Assembly (NCBI GenBank): GCA_048013815.1
Contig: CM106586.1
Location: 6,696,001-6,760,000, forward strand
Reading direction: 5' to 3'
Length of the DNA stretch: 64,000 nt
From: Setoptus koraiensis
Lineage: Eukaryota; Animalia; Arthropoda
A program made the translations under genes and the position numbers. Numbering within the stretch: position 1 is the first letter of the stretch; the number at the start of each line of letters is the position of its first letter. The notes under the pieces were generated by a model. It searched no databases. It saw only the letters and a list, made by a program, of their open reading frames with translations, and was not told where the DNA came from. Positions 61,560 to 64,000 of the stretch are shown here, piece after piece.

Positions 61560-64000
61560 CAGCGGCGGGTTGGCGGGCGCGATTGATCGCCTCTTCTTCT
61601 TATCCGTTCGCCACTCGAAGGAATGCTAATGCTCGCATCGAGAGATAGTGTTTTTTGTGCCATTCCCACCAGTGGCGCTAGCGACAGTTGCGCAACGCAC
61701 CGTGATATGTAGCCAGTCGGCTGCCAGTTATGTAATGGCAAATTCTTGGCCATTCTTTCCCACTGCTCGCTGGCATCATCCCATTGCAAACTGCTGCCGA
61801 TGCAAACTGTTACCAGCAAGCATCCAACTGTCTAGTTGCGGCCTGCGAGTCACCGGCGCCAGTTGCGCAATCTCTGCTCGATCTCCCCCGATCTCATGTC
61901 ATATCATCGATCCCATGTCATATATCACGACGCGAGAGATACCGTCGCAATGGTCGCTGTTTGAGCGGCTCACCTCCGGCCGAACCAAGCTCACAATTGT
62001 CAGACGCGAGTTTGCGCCAGTTTGCTGGCGTGTGTTTGCCCGTTCGCGAGCTGAACCTGATTTCAAAATCCGTTCGGACAATTCCGTTTGCAAGTATGCA
62101 CGATATCGATCGACCGAAATCAAACATTCGAGCGGAAGTCACAGGGCGGGCCGGTGGGCTCACGAGTCGTCGCGAGCCACCCCGAGCCGTCACAGGTAAA
62201 CAGTGATGCGCGGCTCGCGGCGCGGCCGCCGGACGGGCTAAAGGAAAAACAGGAAGAATCGCAAGAATCGCAAGAGTTGGAGCAATTAAAAAGATTGATA
62301 GTGCCGCGCGCGTCGCGGCCGCATTATGTAACATTTCTTTGCGCTGTCAATTCATTTCTGTGTTTGCCTTTCTCTGCCTCTCTGCCTCTCTGCCGCTCTG
62401 TCTTGTCCGTCTCGTGCGCCCCATATTCCCATATTTAACTTGATATTTATCGTCGCATTTGTCGTCATGTTCATCGCCATGTTCATCGTCTTGGTTATCG
62501 TCATCGGGCGAGCTTTTATGAAATTTATTAAACAATATTAAACAATGAACGTGGTGCATTTTGCAACACCGACGCGTCGCCAGCATCCGTCGCCCGTCGG
62601 CCGCTCGATGATTGATGGAGCGCAACTGGTTGTGGCCACCAAACTCGCTTAAAACTCGCCTAATGCTCGCCCATTCGCGTGTAGGTGCTGCGTGGACGAT
62701 GATCGATTTGCTTTCGGGGGCCCAATTGTGCGCGAAAGAGTGTTCTTCGGTGTTGCGAGATGACACACCAACCAGCGCCAAAAGAGGAAACATTTTACAA
62801 GTTGCAGTAAATACTTTTATCGCATCACTAATGGCATGCGACCCACTATCGGGCCCGTCATTCGCACACTATTAGGCTTAGTGTGCTATATAGTGTGTTA
62901 TATAATAGTCATTATATAATAGTTATCATATTATTAATATATGACGACGTGGCACGGTAAATGCGGTCGGCAAATATTGCGCAATATGCGCCCCAGTTTT
63001 GGTTGCATCACCTATATATATAATATACATTATAATGTGTAACAAGTTGGCCAGTTGCTACACTTCGGGTTGCGACACTTTCCAGCCGCTGATCCGATTC
63101 GTCGCGATTCTTTGCGCCTCGTTGCGATTCTTTGCGATTCTTTGCGCCTCGTTGCGATTCTCTGCGCTGCGTCCCGATTCGCGCAAGTCGAGCCGGTTTT
63201 AAAGTGTCGCAGCACGAGAGGACAACAAACAACAAATTGACACGAGAAGTGTTGAAGCGAAAACTTGAGCGTTGCAAGTTGCACAATGGCCACAAAAGGA
63301 AACCCTTCGCGGCGCCACCAGTTGCTACAAACTGTTGCTCAAGTGGCCCGGCCGGCCACACCGGCTATCAGATGCCGCTTGTCCACATTGGTGGGGCCCA
63401 AAGTGGTGATGATCAATTGGAGCTGCGACGGCGCTGCTTAAGATGCTTATGATTACATAACATTGTTGTTTATTTTGCTTCGCTGATTGCGAGAGGCGCC
63501 GTCCGTTGTTTGCACTTATGTGTGTTGCGACGTTCTTATGGGAACTCACGGCCGGCCAGTTTGCGTGCCAATAACCGACAACTAGAATCAATAGTTGCGT
63601 AACAGACAATCCAATGCTTCCATCACAATCGATTCTAATTTCGATTTCTTTCTCGGCGCCCCACACTGACGCGCAGCCCCACGCTGGTGCGCAGCCCGGG
63701 CCCCATCTGTACGTGCTGGTGTGTGCGTGTTTGGTGCACCTCTCGAGAGTGCCAGTGATCAAGTTCGCTCCAGTTGATTCAAGTGAGACAGCGCCAACTC
63801 AGGTGAGCACTGATATTTGCTGCTGCACCCATTTGTGCGACTATGCACCAACGAACGCTGCCGAATTCGCCAGATTCGCCCGATTCTCCCAATTCGCCCA
63901 ATTCGCAGTTTGAAATGTGCACACAAACAGATGTATTTGTTTGGTGCATCGCGAGCGAAATGTCGCTGCAAATGCACCGACAGAAACTGGTGTTAACCGA

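Noticed and set aside
62080-62140. LECLISVDRYRAY resembling a class A GPCR TM3/DRY motif (-)
   Set aside because: No hydrophobic TM3 upstream (stop 6 codons before ISVDRY) and no TM4 downstream; likely chance
3938-63167. Tandem arrays as possible CRISPR
   Set aside because: Eukaryotic context, no unique spacers, no cas genes

Overview
This is a eukaryotic (metazoan) window with spliceosomal GT-AG introns of 58-118 bp, microsatellites and one 500-N scaffold gap. The style suggests an arthropod, possibly a mite, but that is inference only. It has two sequence compartments. (1) About 1-35.5 kb and 57.3-64 kb are GC/CpG-, palindrome- and microsatellite-rich. They contain the first exon of an acidic low-complexity gene (-), an uninterrupted 14.45-kb ORF (4816 codons, +) with an internal signal-like segment and a C-terminal hydrophobic anchor, and the first exon of a Shroom/PDLIM-type PDZ gene (-) whose PDZ domain is split by a ~120-aa insertion. 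(2) About 36-57.3 kb is AT-rich and holds compact conserved genes: an ARHGAP32/33 (CdGAPr)-like RhoGAP (-), ZFC3H1 (+), TBC1D7 (-) and GCLM (+). Around the gap lies transposon debris: a copia Gag, an internally deleted Mutator/Kolobok-type transposase and a Ty3/gypsy capsid ORF. I recognised no rRNA, tRNA, CRISPR or known miRNA. The best leads are the giant ORF, a 38-bp-stem pri-miRNA-shaped hairpin at 5203-5296, low-complexity insertions inside three folded domains, a strong excess of bZIP-type palindromes, and a capsid-only Gag ORF. Family assignments come from remembered motifs, not database searches, and motif counts were made by eye.
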